Assembly (NCBI RefSeq): GCF_006345805.1
Contig: NC_043014.1
Coordinates: 33,108,001-33,172,000 of the forward strand
Length of the DNA: 64,000 nt
Source of the DNA: Octopus sinensis
Lineage: Eukaryota
Direction of reading: 5' to 3'
The translations under genes were made by a program, and so were the position numbers. The notes under the pieces are model-generated. The model did no database searches. It was not told the DNA's origin and was given only the letters and a program-made list of their open reading frames with translations. This document shows positions 63,024 to 64,000 of this stretch, piece by piece (the stretch's first letter is position 1; every line of letters starts with the position of its first letter).

Positions 63024-63133
63024 GCTGCAGACACATTGGCTGTACGACAGAAACGACGGATATACGACATCACAAATGTTTTAGAAGGAATCGGGTTAAT
63101 AGAAAAGAAATCAAAAAACAGTATCCAGTGGAA
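63024..63133 (+). CDS. E2F4/5: E2F4/5-type transcription factor, coding exon 2 (RRIYD DNA-recognition helix)
   Basis: Acceptor ttctgttacAG at 63022-63023. The 110 nt translate as [36 protein letters not shown](K), then a GTAATT donor at 63134. Joins exon 1 in frame. [12 protein letters not shown] and [10 protein letters not shown] match the E2F4/E2F5 subgroup. No exon 3 was seen before the window end. Confidence 0.96.
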
Positions 63134-63505
63134 GTAATTTTTTTTTTTTGATTTTAAATAAGTATGGTAGATGCAGGTGTAGCCGTGCAGTTAAGAACCT
63201 TGCTCCATAAACATTCTAGCTCATTCAGTTCCTTGGGTGTCTTCTACTCATGCCCTGGGCCAACCAAAGCCTTGTGAGTGGATTTGGTGGACAGAAACTG
63301 AAAGAAACCCTTTGTATGTGTGTGTGTATGTATGTATGTATGTATATAAATTTTTTGTGTCATTTGTACTCAGTGTAAGTCAGACCTATTAATATAAATA
63401 TCTCTATATTAATACACCTGAAAGTTTCTACCCTTTGCTTTCTCTTGTTTTGCATATATACATATTTTGTATTTGATGAATTTAATATATTTAGTGTGTG
63501 TAATT

Positions 63506-63722
63506 CAGTGTTTCTCAACCAGGGTTCTGCAAAAGGTTCCTAGGGGCTCCGCGAGAAAGCGTGAGATAAGCTAATGCTAATTTCATGATCGTAATATTAC
63601 TATACATGTACAACATATTGTTGGTTATTGTAATATAGACATCATCTTGTCTAACCTATTATCAAAAAAATATGACAACCATTGGGGATATATTTAGTGA
63701 TGTCAGTAATTTATGGACACCC

Positions 63723-63754
<32 letters not shown>

Positions 63755-63879
63755 GATATTTACTATGTGAACTATGTTGAAAAAATATGAGAAAGATATG
63801 GTATATCATTTTTTTTTGTGCTGGGGTTCTGTGAGACATTTTAAGGGTTACGCAAGGGTAAAAAGGTTGAGAAACACTG
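63506..63879. mobile_element. hAT-type (Charlie-like) MITE in E2F4/5 intron 2
   Basis: Perfect 15-bp TIRs CAGTGTTTCTCAACC / GGTTGAGAAACACTG. 8-bp TSD gtgtaatt / gtctaatt, 7 of 8 matching. Confidence 0.85.
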
Positions 63880-64000
63880 GTCTAATTTGTCTATCTGCAT
63901 AATTGCCTATATATATATATATATATACACACACACTATTGCTAAATTTTATTACTTTTAAAGGCACATAAAAAATACCCACTACACTCTCGGAGTGGTT

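Overview
AT-rich, repeat-dense eukaryotic DNA. The SINE families resemble those I recall from Octopus (coleoid cephalopod); this is inference, not a database hit. The only host gene I can firmly support is an E2F4/5-type transcription factor on the + strand. Coding exon 1 is 41085-41204 and exon 2 is 63024-63133, separated by a ~21.8-kb intron, and the gene runs off the window. Most of the rest is mobile DNA: a near full-length but inactivated R4/Dong-like RLE LINE in a (TAA)n tract (15497-19470, -), fragments of a second RLE LINE and of RTE LINEs, three non-autonomous Helitron copies, mariner/Tc1/hAT/Mutator/piggyBac-type relics and MITEs, Penelope-like terminal repeats, at least three tRNA-type SINE families and many microsatellites. 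The most unusual signals are: minimal hammerhead-like motifs with a variant core, two of them in an inverted pair; SINE 1.75-mers each flanked by one TSD and sharing a junction; an (ATT)n-seeded retroelement nest holding an unexplained 530-bp element; Helitron ends whose hairpin includes the terminal CTAG; and long foldbacks at 30.6-30.8 kb and 59.9-60.3 kb. Almost all ORFs in the supplied track are repeat or low-complexity artefacts. Coordinates were counted by hand, so repeat boundaries without a TSD or TIR are approximate.
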